Position numbers and translations under genes: made by a program. Below the pieces are notes generated by a model. The model saw only the letters and a program-made list of their open reading frames with translations, was not told the DNA's origin and searched no databases. Below are positions 49,201 to 56,315 of a stretch of 64,000 bases of DNA, piece by piece. The first letter of the stretch is position 1, and each line of letters starts with the position of its first letter. The stretch is from a bacterium (lineage in GTDB: Bacteria > Hinthialibacterota > Hinthialibacteria > Hinthialibacterales > Hinthialibacteraceae), in assembly GCA_963662285.2 (NCBI GenBank), contig CAXXMV010000003.1:160001-224000 (forward strand), in the 5' to 3' direction.

Positions 49201-51803
49201 CGGCAACTCCGGTAAAACCATCGGTTGGTTTTACCGTACCGGGAAAACCATTATTCGTCGGTTCGTATGCCAAAATTCCGGTTGAAATCACTCCAGCCCT
49301 ATTCACTATCGATGAATTTGATTTCTTCGTACAGGAAGGCCCTAAAGGCGGCGCCGTTTCCATCTCCAAAGATGAAGACTTTGATCCATTGAATCCTGAT
49401 ATTATGCTGTTAGCCGGATATCAACCGGGAACCTATAAACTGCAAGCAAAACATACATCAACCGGAATAATCGTCGGTGAGAAGCAGTTTGAAGTGACTG
49501 ATCTTTGGAAGGGAGAGACGGAAGGTCCTGCAGTATGGTTCACGGGACTCAATCAAAATGGTTACGCCGGTTCAGCCTGGGGAGGCGGTCCCGCCGGTCC
49601 TCAAAACATTAACATTAAACCGGCTACCGGAACCAGGCGGGTCGCCATTCTGCTGGTAGACACAAGCTCCGAACGGTATTCAAACGATAATGCCATAATC
49701 CAGGGTCATAAAGACCGCTGGTTGAACGAAGCAATTAACGGCGTCAATGATGGCGGCAAGACATACAGCGTTTCTCACTTCTATCGTGAAGTCTCCTATA
49801 ATAATTTCACCCTTACCGGACAGGTTTTTGGTCCGGTAAGTCTGACCGGAGAATTTAAGGATTACATCAATCCTGATGGATCGCCCAAAGGCAGTTATTA
49901 TCAATCCTGCTTCACGGCTGGCGATAGCCTTATCAATTACAATAATTTCGACACGCTGGTCTGCGTATCCAAATCAGTCATCGCCTCCGGTTCCAGCGCA
50001 TGGCCCTATGCTTCAATCGGTGAATGGGGGCCGTTCACGACAGCTGAAGGTAAAGTGAACTATGGTTGCATCTCCATGCCCAATGAATGGGGAACAACCT
50101 CAGCGCGTGAAATCTACGAAACCCTGTCGCACGAGATGGGGCATAACCTCGGTTTAGGCGATATGTATACTCCCAAAGTCGCCATGCCCAACTCACCTCC
50201 AACTTACCGTAATCTGGAAGACTGGGACATGATGGATGATGATAACATCTTCCCCCATTTCTCGGTTATGCACCGTATGATGCTGGGCTGGGTTCCGGCC
50301 AGTTGGCTGCAAACATTCAATTTCGCTAACGGCGGAGTTCCCATAAACCAGACTATCAGTTTGCATCCCATAGAACTGGGCGCTCCACCGGCTGGTAAAA
50401 AGACCGCAGTCGAAATCCGCATTGCTGACGGATGGAATTACTACTTCGAGTATCGATCAAAACAAGCTGCTCAAATCGCCGATCAAGGCGTTCCTGGTAA
50501 TGGTCGCATCCTGGGTTCTGATGGAGTCTCGGCGCCCTGGGTTCCTCCCATCGCCCGGCCTTACATACTATTGCTCAATAATGACGCCGACGGCGATGGC
50601 AGCGTCTTGGATAATGGAGATGATTACAAGGAGACCGATTTCTCTGATCCAGCGTATCCCACAGATTTCATGGTTGAAGCCAGCGGGATAGATGGCTCGA
50701 AGGGTGATATCACTATCAAATACGGCGTCAATGGCAAGCCTGATCCTTCAATCCGGCCTTGGCCGGCTAGTGCGGATCGTCGTTATCAAAGCCCGGACAT
50801 CGAAGTTCAGAACACCCGCAATCTGGCGGATGCTGCATGGTTCAACGTGCCCTGGATCAACCACTCCAATACCATTATCGCAAAAGTCAAAAACCGGGGA
50901 ACGCTCAACGCCCCTGGCGTGACAGTTAACTTCTATATCAAGAACTTTAATGTTGGAGGCGCTCCGGAAACCTATCTTGGAACCAGTACGAAGGATATTG
51001 CTGCTGGCGCTACGGTTGATTTCACTTATCCATCCTGGGTTCCACCCAGCGGCGGGCATTACTGCATCATTGTACGGATTCCGCTATATCAGAATCCCAA
51101 CGATCCCACTGTTGTTGAAATGACCGAACTCAACAACATGGCGCAATCAAATTACGACCGCTTCATCTCAGCCACCGCATCTCCCGCGAAACGCGTCATA
51201 TCATTTGTTGAAGTAGGCAATCCCTATGATGAAACCAGCCGCGTCTTTGTCACCGCAGGTCAAAGCAACCCGTTCTATCGGACATACCTGGAACATGCAT
51301 GGCTGGTCTTAAAACCCAATGAGACCAAGAAAGTCAGGGTAATGTTCGAATACGCTACGGATGCTTTGGACAGCGCAGGAATCGATTTCCAGGATGATTG
51401 GACCAAGCATCAACGGTTGCCCAATAACGTAGATTTCGCATCCTTCGTCGATTATCCCAGGGATTTTCCAAGACACGCCAAGCATGAATCAGGCGGCGTC
51501 CAGGTGCAGGTCGTAACCGGTCGCGCCACCAAAATTATCGGTATGGAAATTGGTAAAGAACGCGCCTATGGTTCAGTCGTAACGGTTGATAATGGAACCG
51601 GCGTCTTTGGCGGCAAGGTCATTTTGATTCTGACGGTCAAAGTGAATAACGAAGACAAGGAAGTGTACGAGGAAGCGCAAGTCGATGCCCAAGGTCATTT
51701 CAGCGCATCCATAACAACATTGAATTGGGAACGCCTACAGGTCTACTACGTCCCATCATCGGGATATGCAGATTCATACAGCGATGTAATATCAAGTCCA
51801 TAA
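40230..51803 (+). CDS. Giant secreted multidomain protease-like protein (3x papain/C39-like module, 5x Cys-rich repeat, FG-GAP repeats, M6 metalloprotease, CARDB-like domain)
   Basis: Single ~3,860-codon ORF; signal peptide; NQCFPM..ANSLQYL / GGHAVRV / YLHD three times; GDLNGDG-type repeats; HEMGHNLGLGD plus WDMMD Met-turn. Start at ATG 40230 (GAGGG SD) or GTG 40218. Confidence 0.85.
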   Translation: MNQLRQQLKFNMQSVFACCLVLFAFLGFTQQSYGQLKPDMGVEFSQVDFNYEKAPWLNSSWGRMSIDVMMLYEMTQIDQGYINVFTKSGWHVVNLPISINDLEKQSNIVTYLNLGLGDQEIIAKLEGEELENYLLEVSTQLKEFEALVTYTKESFQEIQRGEYIPFPLKESVIWDAQGASDIELSTIILPPLIYLELKFNPDLLNTSHSLDSSANVEAAKNQCFPMSIANSLQYLKDNFDLPVPHEHKPGLKGDNSLVGQLDQFADRTASSRRSGSGTWFTPMLTGKFNYLQENGLADKLIHRYQGRGWGTPPNQALPAGDFSAAGSTALDQGSTVTFEWICEQIRQGEDVELVFSYDNSRGEATGGHAVRVYECGVDDGRPYIRYLHDRNQNNDNAGLETVKVFLEDLDNDGMLNLGSRSIEIRFALSESMRDKDSTPTPTNTSYIPPTPENTPTIDKPTPTKTATPTPRLTPTPTQTNGDDPPDAPKDCPIYFSIEEPYVLPNGASHGDILVHNPGGEAYVLTGGANQDLLKEFIPLPSEVLRIDAGLDGFDIIQLDQSVSSDEPYARHKIIFTVEKPIKVSNPNHSAYGVILNDGDLLLNNGGVILAQALFAPLQLLNRTGGVIEYLGIDAIELEGLLNIFDKLENRVIGNLKELVEISNGEAINIYFSFEEINEEYTSSSGSLLPERTIVGADDLIGIHVSSSHISAWVERSGADGTPTTAQSLFVEFSSLNNMGLDAAGTCLPEDKAYSHLETVYFSTELNDDIYPIEFKEGDLLVDRSEKPYNEVIATNFYLTGFDSKDWGLDAVDLHPERFEEKPQDTPTTQPKPMPTLTPTISTDQKNCVKASDYYTSIIENLDSVELGLVAIKSAISASGSPLGLSIRDCSEDGLMDVWVSSSELSYSNPAAIIMSASICAGNAPSMVEVTLRQYYQCKLIAYDDNGTVVDSVDAAVGSAEQTLTLTSATGIRVIELIGAEICITKICWECEPIVKPTPTKQIVESTPTLPIEEKDCVQASDIYTSDMDNLDSVELGLVSIKSAISASGSPLGLSVRDCSEDGLMDVWVSSSELSYGSLASIIMSPNICNGNAPSMVEVYLQHFYQCKLIAYDDGGTVVDTVDAAPDSTPQILTLTSATGIRMIEIIGAEICITKICWECELIVKPTPTKQIVEPTPTLPIEEKDCVQASDIYTSDMDNLDSVELGLVSIKSAISASGSPLGLSVRDCSEDGLMDVWVSSSELSYSNPAAIIMSASICAGNAPSMVEVTLRQYYQCKLIAYDDNGTVVDSVDAAVGSAEQTLTLTSATGIRVIELIGAEICITKICWECEPIVKPTPTKQIVESTPTLPIEEKDCVQASDIYTSDMDNLDSVELGLVSIKSAISASGSPLGLSIRDCSEDGLMDVWVSSSDPSYGSLASIIMSPNICNGKASSMVEVYLQHFYQCKLIAYDDGGTVVDTVDAAPDSTPQILTLTSATGIRMIEIIGAEICITKICWECELIVKPTPTKQIVEPTPTLPIEEKDCVKASDFYASAVENLNSVDLGSVSIKPAIEITGAIFGLSVRDCSEDGLMDVWVSSSEASYSSPAAIVMSSDICAGKAPSIVEVTLRHYFECKLVAYDDAGTVVDSVFAAAGSAEQTLTLTSATGIRVIEIIGAEICITEICWECEPIDKPTPTATPPEGDEGLTPDDGITFNQVDFMFEKSQWQNSSWGRISINPYILTRNTKISRGYLNVYTDKGWHVVNLPINADNLTSADTQRTDLVTYFNLGIVDPAEIKDKSDDEIKSILLEKSYQLTSFVAHVTFTQEPIVKRVLGQLVSFPIEENIIWDAQGVSDITISAFHLPPFIITDISDIILDSIFSYHTQPQSANVETANNQCFPMAIANSLQYLENEFSLSVPHDHVMGLKGDNSLVGQLDSYANRSVSSRRSGSGTWFTPMIDGKFKYLSDNNLSGDLIHKYQGRGWGSPPNQALPAGDYTSNGSTIKDEGAVVTFDWICQQIQEGEDVELVFSYDDASGNATGGHAVRVFECGNVLGKPYIKYLHDSNQSNDSAGLETVQVFLEDLDGDGILNLGSASREIRFAMAESMKEDTILINPNMGLMLEQVIFTFDETQQIVSNWGRLVIDPYALQKNLGVERGFINVYNDNGWLVMNLPLDTSSADADSKLVTYFNLGLQDGEQIELVKSMAIHAEFSVKPVDKTPMDQDGKLILSTFELRNPAIWDAQGISDNENPSISLAPPYIINKDIIFTSLFEKHTQEHTSNVQTAHNQCFPMAVANSLQYLENEFGLSVPNDHVMGLKGDNSLVGKLDSYANRSVSSRRSGSGTWFTPMIDGKFKYLSENNLSGDLIHKYQGRGWGSPPNQALPAGDYTAHGITIKDEGAVVTIDWICQQIKDGEDVELVFSYDDASGNATGGHAVRVYECGKILGKPYIKYLHDSNQSDDSAGLETVLVYPEDLDGDGILNLGSASREIRFAMAESFVSEIDNTPTPIAPTPTKIITKPTPTPVITKPTPTPVITKPTPTSMITKPTPTPVITKPTPTSMITKPTPTPVITKPTPTPTFWYSGNPVYDDLVISQGFGGETLINIRYYNEITDSLTSIRHSFIGAPGGFISRVGGGTGRMTYLSVGDLNGDGTEDIITSFGPIVEESVFPNIVVVRDSKTKQVIGNSFVAFPVGDKTSVQLNSGDVRTAVGDFIGSGLPQLAVTQGQGGNGIIRLYQYTNKLPPNSWEVVGQFNGLPLGLVEQKVLDDTTYIGLTLAAGDLDQDGFDELVVGQSNGPASQTIFHVLDINSDGGIAKRNIYAGFKPQFRAHGGIELAVGDLNGDKYPEIIVGNMGNLRNFGDQRDTVPLNLVGIISPVITDKQITGFRRPAGKSVFNAFSNEDNPSGAISMTVGEFDGNPINGKELVIGTGAYMDIEGMNTNYLHPADVPRYKIMKVEYEEETIRNIKILGPTKGYVAFLGKAVPSSKSIYLAAIPKFVIPDLINTPTPTPTATPVKPSVGFTVPGKPLFVGSYAKIPVEITPALFTIDEFDFFVQEGPKGGAVSISKDEDFDPLNPDIMLLAGYQPGTYKLQAKHTSTGIIVGEKQFEVTDLWKGETEGPAVWFTGLNQNGYAGSAWGGGPAGPQNINIKPATGTRRVAILLVDTSSERYSNDNAIIQGHKDRWLNEAINGVNDGGKTYSVSHFYREVSYNNFTLTGQVFGPVSLTGEFKDYINPDGSPKGSYYQSCFTAGDSLINYNNFDTLVCVSKSVIASGSSAWPYASIGEWGPFTTAEGKVNYGCISMPNEWGTTSAREIYETLSHEMGHNLGLGDMYTPKVAMPNSPPTYRNLEDWDMMDDDNIFPHFSVMHRMMLGWVPASWLQTFNFANGGVPINQTISLHPIELGAPPAGKKTAVEIRIADGWNYYFEYRSKQAAQIADQGVPGNGRILGSDGVSAPWVPPIARPYILLLNNDADGDGSVLDNGDDYKETDFSDPAYPTDFMVEASGIDGSKGDITIKYGVNGKPDPSIRPWPASADRRYQSPDIEVQNTRNLADAAWFNVPWINHSNTIIAKVKNRGTLNAPGVTVNFYIKNFNVGGAPETYLGTSTKDIAAGATVDFTYPSWVPPSGGHYCIIVRIPLYQNPNDPTVVEMTELNNMAQSNYDRFISATASPAKRVISFVEVGNPYDETSRVFVTAGQSNPFYRTYLEHAWLVLKPNETKKVRVMFEYATDALDSAGIDFQDDWTKHQRLPNNVDFASFVDYPRDFPRHAKHESGGVQVQVVTGRATKIIGMEIGKERAYGSVVTVDNGTGVFGGKVILILTVKVNNEDKEVYEEAQVDAQGHFSASITTLNWERLQVYYVPSSGYADSYSDVISSP
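42762..45230 (+). repeat. Five tandem 507-bp (169-aa) intragenic repeats
   Basis: First Cys codon of each unit at 42768, 43275, 43782, 44289 and 44796 (exact 507-bp spacing); near-identical DNA. Confidence 0.95.
47718..47906 (+). repeat. Seven 27-bp tandem repeats encoding ITKPTPT(PV/SM)
   Basis: ATTACCAAACCTAC(G/T)CCTACTCC..-type units read directly. Confidence 0.9.
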
Positions 51804-51832
51804 CATCCAGCCCATAATTCAGACATTAATAA

Positions 51833-51863
51833 AAGAGGGGAATGAGTCAATCATTCCCCTCTT
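51833..51863 (+). terminator. Terminator hairpin after the giant gene
   Basis: AAGAGGGGAATGA/TCATTCCCCTCTT 13-bp inverted repeat. Confidence 0.7.
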
Positions 51864-52005
51864 GATTTGTTTCACATTTTGTAGGATAGGCTAAAATATT
51901 AGTAAGGTGGGTTAGCTTTACCGGCACACCGAAAATACACCGTATCAAAAAATCCCCTCACCTTCGCGTAGCCCTCCACCAAAGCAACTTCTCGCAGCCG
52001 CCGCG

Positions 52006-53103
52006 CTACTTGTTATTAGACAATTCCCCAATCAACTCTCGAGTAACCGAGGTCATCGCCTGTGCGTAGGTTTCCATATCGATTATCTGGAACCGTTTAA
52101 TCGTGCATGAATCAGGGACGTCTTTGTATGACTCTTTACCTGCGTCATCCACATGGACTTTGACTGGTGAGAAGGTGAATATCTCCCATACTTGGTCATC
52201 ACTGCGCACTTTATCTGCTGGAACAGAAATCCAATCGCCTTCGCGGATCACGTATTTCCGGTTCGCTATATATGCAAAAACAGCGGTGCACCACAAGTTT
52301 CGATTGCCCGACAATACTTTCTGTTTTTCATTATCAAGCGCATCTTTATGCAGAAATGCGATGGGGTCGCTTTCGTCTTTATGAAGCAATGCGTAAATGA
52401 AATAATTGAGTACCGGCGCGGACGCATCCTGCAGAAGCTCGGCGTGACTGGCTTTCCAGTAAGATGCTTTTCCATCATCGTTATGCCAAAGCCCGCCATC
52501 AAAACATGGAACCCAATACAAAGGTAATCCTGCGTTCATCAAGCATTTATAGGCGTTGGGATCAAGTCCGACATTATACTCCTGGAATGCTCCTTGAGCG
52601 TCGCCGATGAAATTGAAAATTCTGGAGACCTTTTTCCTGAATAATTCCGGCTTTCGGTTATAAGCAACAGCCACATCACGTAAACTTCCTACTGCTATGA
52701 TTGTTACAGGAACTTGCGATTGTTCGAGCGTTTCTAATATCAGCAATACGGCTTGCTGGTATTTATCCGCCTCGTCGAGACGTTGGTCGGCGGGATGCTC
52801 CAGTTTTTGAGATAGCCCGATAGCACAGGGAACATTGCGCCCGGTCAGGTGATTGAGTTGTCCAACTGGAATGCGTCCCGGCTGTTTATCCTGTTTCATG
52901 CCTTGATCGAGGATGATCGCCTTGATATCAATTTCAGGAATGGCGAAGATGGACGCCAGATCAAAATGATCATCGGGATCGTCATGTGGATGAAAAAGAT
53001 CCGAACAATAGATCAGTGGAATCTTAACATCATCAGCACTTGTGTTGATCATGGAGGATTGCATTAAACAAAACAACATAATAATCGTGATTAATCTATT
53101 CAT
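52006..53103 (-). CDS. Secreted nucleoside hydrolase (IU-NH)-like protein
   Basis: Signal peptide; Asp-rich SDLFHPHDDPDDHFD; IAVGSLRDVA; EYNVGLDP. Start at ATG 53103 (GGGAG SD). Confidence 0.72.
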   Translation of the reverse strand: MNRLITIIMLFCLMQSSMINTSADDVKIPLIYCSDLFHPHDDPDDHFDLASIFAIPEIDIKAIILDQGMKQDKQPGRIPVGQLNHLTGRNVPCAIGLSQKLEHPADQRLDEADKYQQAVLLILETLEQSQVPVTIIAVGSLRDVAVAYNRKPELFRKKVSRIFNFIGDAQGAFQEYNVGLDPNAYKCLMNAGLPLYWVPCFDGGLWHNDDGKASYWKASHAELLQDASAPVLNYFIYALLHKDESDPIAFLHKDALDNEKQKVLSGNRNLWCTAVFAYIANRKYVIREGDWISVPADKVRSDDQVWEIFTFSPVKVHVDDAGKESYKDVPDSCTIKRFQIIDMETYAQAMTSVTRELIGELSNNK

Positions 53104-53245
53104 GTTAACTCCCAAATCTTACCGTTACCGGAAGATTACTATTTTGGATTGAACTGTATTATAATGAATGTAACCTGCATTATTCCACTACTGTGGACTA
53201 CTATGTATAAAATATTATATGAATCATTATGGTAAGGATTGGAAA

Positions 53246-54634
53246 ATGAACATACTCTATCGCGCATATTTAATATTTATCTTTTCTCTAATCGCTGCAT
53301 TAACCTGGGCGGATGCTGCAAACGAACGTCCGAAAGTAATAGCTGGATTTGGTTCATCAGTCTGTCATGGTTCTGGCGATCATCTAGGGCAAGGCGGCTA
53401 CATTGGCCGTTTGCAGGAGTTATTGCAAGTACGCGGCTGGACAGTAGTCGATGTTTCGCGCGGCGGTGATAATACCATAACCATCAATGACCGCTGGGAA
53501 ATTACAGATAAAAAGCCATTAAGAACTGTTCAGCAAGGCTTTCATATACTGCCCCATAAACCGGGCTATGTCATTATCGGTCTCTCCCTCGCTAACGAAG
53601 GCATTCGTAAGGATGACGCCGCAGCGCGGGAAAAAATCTTCCAACAATTCCGCACTGGTATGCTTGGCATCATTGAGCGCTGCCGCAGGGAAGGGATGCA
53701 GGTGATCGTGGCCAACTGCTACCCGCATGGAGAATACTCGCCGGAACAATATAAAGCCGTAAAGCGTATGAATCTTCTCATAAACAACTGGGATGTTCCC
53801 AGCATAAACCTGCTCGGTTCAATAGACGATGGATGTGGACGTTGGGTGAATGGATTCGACAACGATCCGGGACACCCCAATGGCGGTGGACACGAAGAGA
53901 TGTTTTACGCCATCACCCCTTCGTTATTCGACGCCATTGCTATGGGAAAACCGCAACCATCTTATGTCGATGGAAACGGCTGCGTGCGAGTTGTTGATTC
54001 ATCCAACGTCGCGTTATCATTCACGCCTGATGATCCAATTCATTCATTTACAACAACATTCGAAGTGCGGACTGATGGAGATTGTATATTGTCTTCAATC
54101 TCAGGATCGGCAGGTGTTCTTGAAAATACAAAATACCTATCATCTGGTAAAGAACAAACAAGTCTCCAGGTCAAAAAAGGAATCAGCCCCTTTAGCGCAT
54201 CCCTATCAACTGAAAATGGAAAATTGGTTTACACTTCTTCAACGGGGAAGAAAATTTTCAGCAAAATTGAACTACCCAAAAATAAATGGCGCCGCATTAC
54301 TATATCGCACCGCTGCGCTAAAGGTGAAACGCTGGTTTATGTTGATGATCAAATAATTGGCGTACTACAAGAGCGCATTATTCCCGAATCATTCAACCTG
54401 GGAATCTCCGGAACCGCCGATTTCAAAAACTGGATGGTCTACCGTTCATCCCTTAATGAAGATGAAGTAAAAGCGCTATGCAGCGGCAAACTCATAAAAT
54501 CCAGTTTGGAAATCTACGCTCCGCTGAACGATGAATCGTTCATTGCTGGTCAACCAGTCAATAATAAAGCGCAGAGTCTATCTCAAGCGATTGTTAAAGG
54601 CAATAACATGATTCATCTGAAATCAGTTGAGTAG
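53246..54634 (+). CDS. Secreted SGNH/GDSL hydrolase with C-terminal LamG-like domain
   Basis: FGSSV (block I), SRGG, SLANEG, DPGHPN (block V); WRRITISH..VYVD..YRSSLNEDEV (LamG-like). Start at 53246 or 53219. Confidence 0.75.
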   Translation: MNILYRAYLIFIFSLIAALTWADAANERPKVIAGFGSSVCHGSGDHLGQGGYIGRLQELLQVRGWTVVDVSRGGDNTITINDRWEITDKKPLRTVQQGFHILPHKPGYVIIGLSLANEGIRKDDAAAREKIFQQFRTGMLGIIERCRREGMQVIVANCYPHGEYSPEQYKAVKRMNLLINNWDVPSINLLGSIDDGCGRWVNGFDNDPGHPNGGGHEEMFYAITPSLFDAIAMGKPQPSYVDGNGCVRVVDSSNVALSFTPDDPIHSFTTTFEVRTDGDCILSSISGSAGVLENTKYLSSGKEQTSLQVKKGISPFSASLSTENGKLVYTSSTGKKIFSKIELPKNKWRRITISHRCAKGETLVYVDDQIIGVLQERIIPESFNLGISGTADFKNWMVYRSSLNEDEVKALCSGKLIKSSLEIYAPLNDESFIAGQPVNNKAQSLSQAIVKGNNMIHLKSVE

Positions 54635-54635
54635 A

Positions 54636-56282
54636 TTATTTTGCATCATGATCGAGTGTGCGATAATGTATTCCAGCTGCGTCGAGTCGCTTGAGATGCG
54701 ACGCAAGGCGAGTTATGAACTGTTCATAATTTAGCGATTCTTTGGGCGACCATACCGTCTCTATCAAGGCGCAAGCTCGAGGGTAGGTCAGGTATTCGCG
54801 GTGCTGCTCGCAGGGGATGTATTCACCCCATAGTTGCGCTTGACCACCAAGGATATGCTTAATCAACCCTGTATTAAGTTCAACTGGAACCGGCTCGAAA
54901 GTGTAAACTTTATCAAGCGGGACGGGATTGGCGCCAATTGATACCGGTTCAGTTTTGCTCTGGGGATAATCGAAATAGGTATGTGAGGTGGGCGTCATTA
55001 CCACGTCATGCCCAACTTGCGCAGCCTCAAGTCCTCCCGCCATGCTGCGCCAGCTCATCACCGTAGCGCCTTCAGCCAGACCGCCTTGCAGAATTTCATC
55101 CCAGCCCACCAGTTTGCGACCACGGCTGGTGATATGCGCATCCACCTGTTTGATAAACCAACTATGCAATTCATGCACATCGGCCAGACCTAGTTCTTTC
55201 ATCTGCTTCTGCATTTCCGGTACTGTTGCCCATCGGTCTGCTTGGGCTTCATCACCTCCGATGTGTATGTGAGGACTGGGAAACATTTCGATAACTTCGT
55301 CAAGTACGTTTTTCATAAACTCAATGGTGTACGGTCTGGGTACGACCAGGTTGCCCGCTTTTTCTCGACGCTGCTCAATAGGCAGCGCCGCCAGTATCTC
55401 TGGATCGAAACCGAGTTTGGGATATGCGACGATAGCAGCGCCAGCATGAAAGGGCATCTCAATCTCTGGAACTAACGTCACATAGTGTTCCGCTCCATAG
55501 CGAACTAGCTCGCGGATGTCGTCCTGCGTGTAAAATCCGCCATAGATTCTACCCAAATCGCTTTTTTGACTCATGGAATTATGCCAGCGCGAGCCGATTT
55601 CAGTGAGCAACGGGTATCTCTTGATTTCAATGCGCCAACCCTGTCCATCGGTAAAGTGGATTTGCAAGCGGTTAAACTTATGCAAAGCCATGGCGTCAAT
55701 ATAACGCATCATGTCTTGCTTAGGGATAAAATGGCGTGCTGGATCAATCAGCAGTCCACGCCATTCAAAACGCGGGTAGTCTATAATCGACGCGCAGGGC
55801 AGGGTCCATGCTACGCCCTGAACCGGTGCATGGCGGTAGATGTCCGGTGGCAGCAACTGGCGCAATGTCTGAATGCCGTAAAACAATCCTGCTGGTTTAT
55901 ATGCTTTGAGTTCGATCCGGTTAACTTTTATATCAAGAGAATATCCTTCATCACCCAAATTATCTTGCAACTCCGAATCAATCGACAAACTGATTAGGTT
56001 GCCATCCCGTGTTGCGGCGCCGAGATGTTTGAGACGAAATCCAGTGGCTGGCGCCAGCGCGTCTATCAGTTTAACCGCTTCAGCCGCCGCATCGTCACTT
56101 GCGACGATTTGCGTATCTGGTTGAATCACAAACGATCCACTTCCAATAATCATCTCAACCGGCTGCGGTATAATTGAAAGAGTTGTAATATCTGCTGCTG
56201 CATGATTTGATCCCATTATAAATAATGAAAAGTGGATTACCAGCAAAAAGATTGAGATCGAAATAAATCTTGAAAATGTCAT
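54636..56282 (-). CDS. GH20 beta-N-acetylhexosaminidase
   Basis: IIPQP, DYPRFEWRGLLIDPARHF, GWRIEIKRYP, PEIEMPFH, HIGGDEA, GWDE, YFDYPQ, LWGEY, YPR. Confidence 0.93.
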   Translation of the reverse strand: MTFSRFISISIFLLVIHFSLFIMGSNHAAADITTLSIIPQPVEMIIGSGSFVIQPDTQIVASDDAAAEAVKLIDALAPATGFRLKHLGAATRDGNLISLSIDSELQDNLGDEGYSLDIKVNRIELKAYKPAGLFYGIQTLRQLLPPDIYRHAPVQGVAWTLPCASIIDYPRFEWRGLLIDPARHFIPKQDMMRYIDAMALHKFNRLQIHFTDGQGWRIEIKRYPLLTEIGSRWHNSMSQKSDLGRIYGGFYTQDDIRELVRYGAEHYVTLVPEIEMPFHAGAAIVAYPKLGFDPEILAALPIEQRREKAGNLVVPRPYTIEFMKNVLDEVIEMFPSPHIHIGGDEAQADRWATVPEMQKQMKELGLADVHELHSWFIKQVDAHITSRGRKLVGWDEILQGGLAEGATVMSWRSMAGGLEAAQVGHDVVMTPTSHTYFDYPQSKTEPVSIGANPVPLDKVYTFEPVPVELNTGLIKHILGGQAQLWGEYIPCEQHREYLTYPRACALIETVWSPKESLNYEQFITRLASHLKRLDAAGIHYRTLDHDAK

Positions 56283-56315
56283 TACAATTCTCCTGGATTT
56301 TTAGAATCGCTTTAA

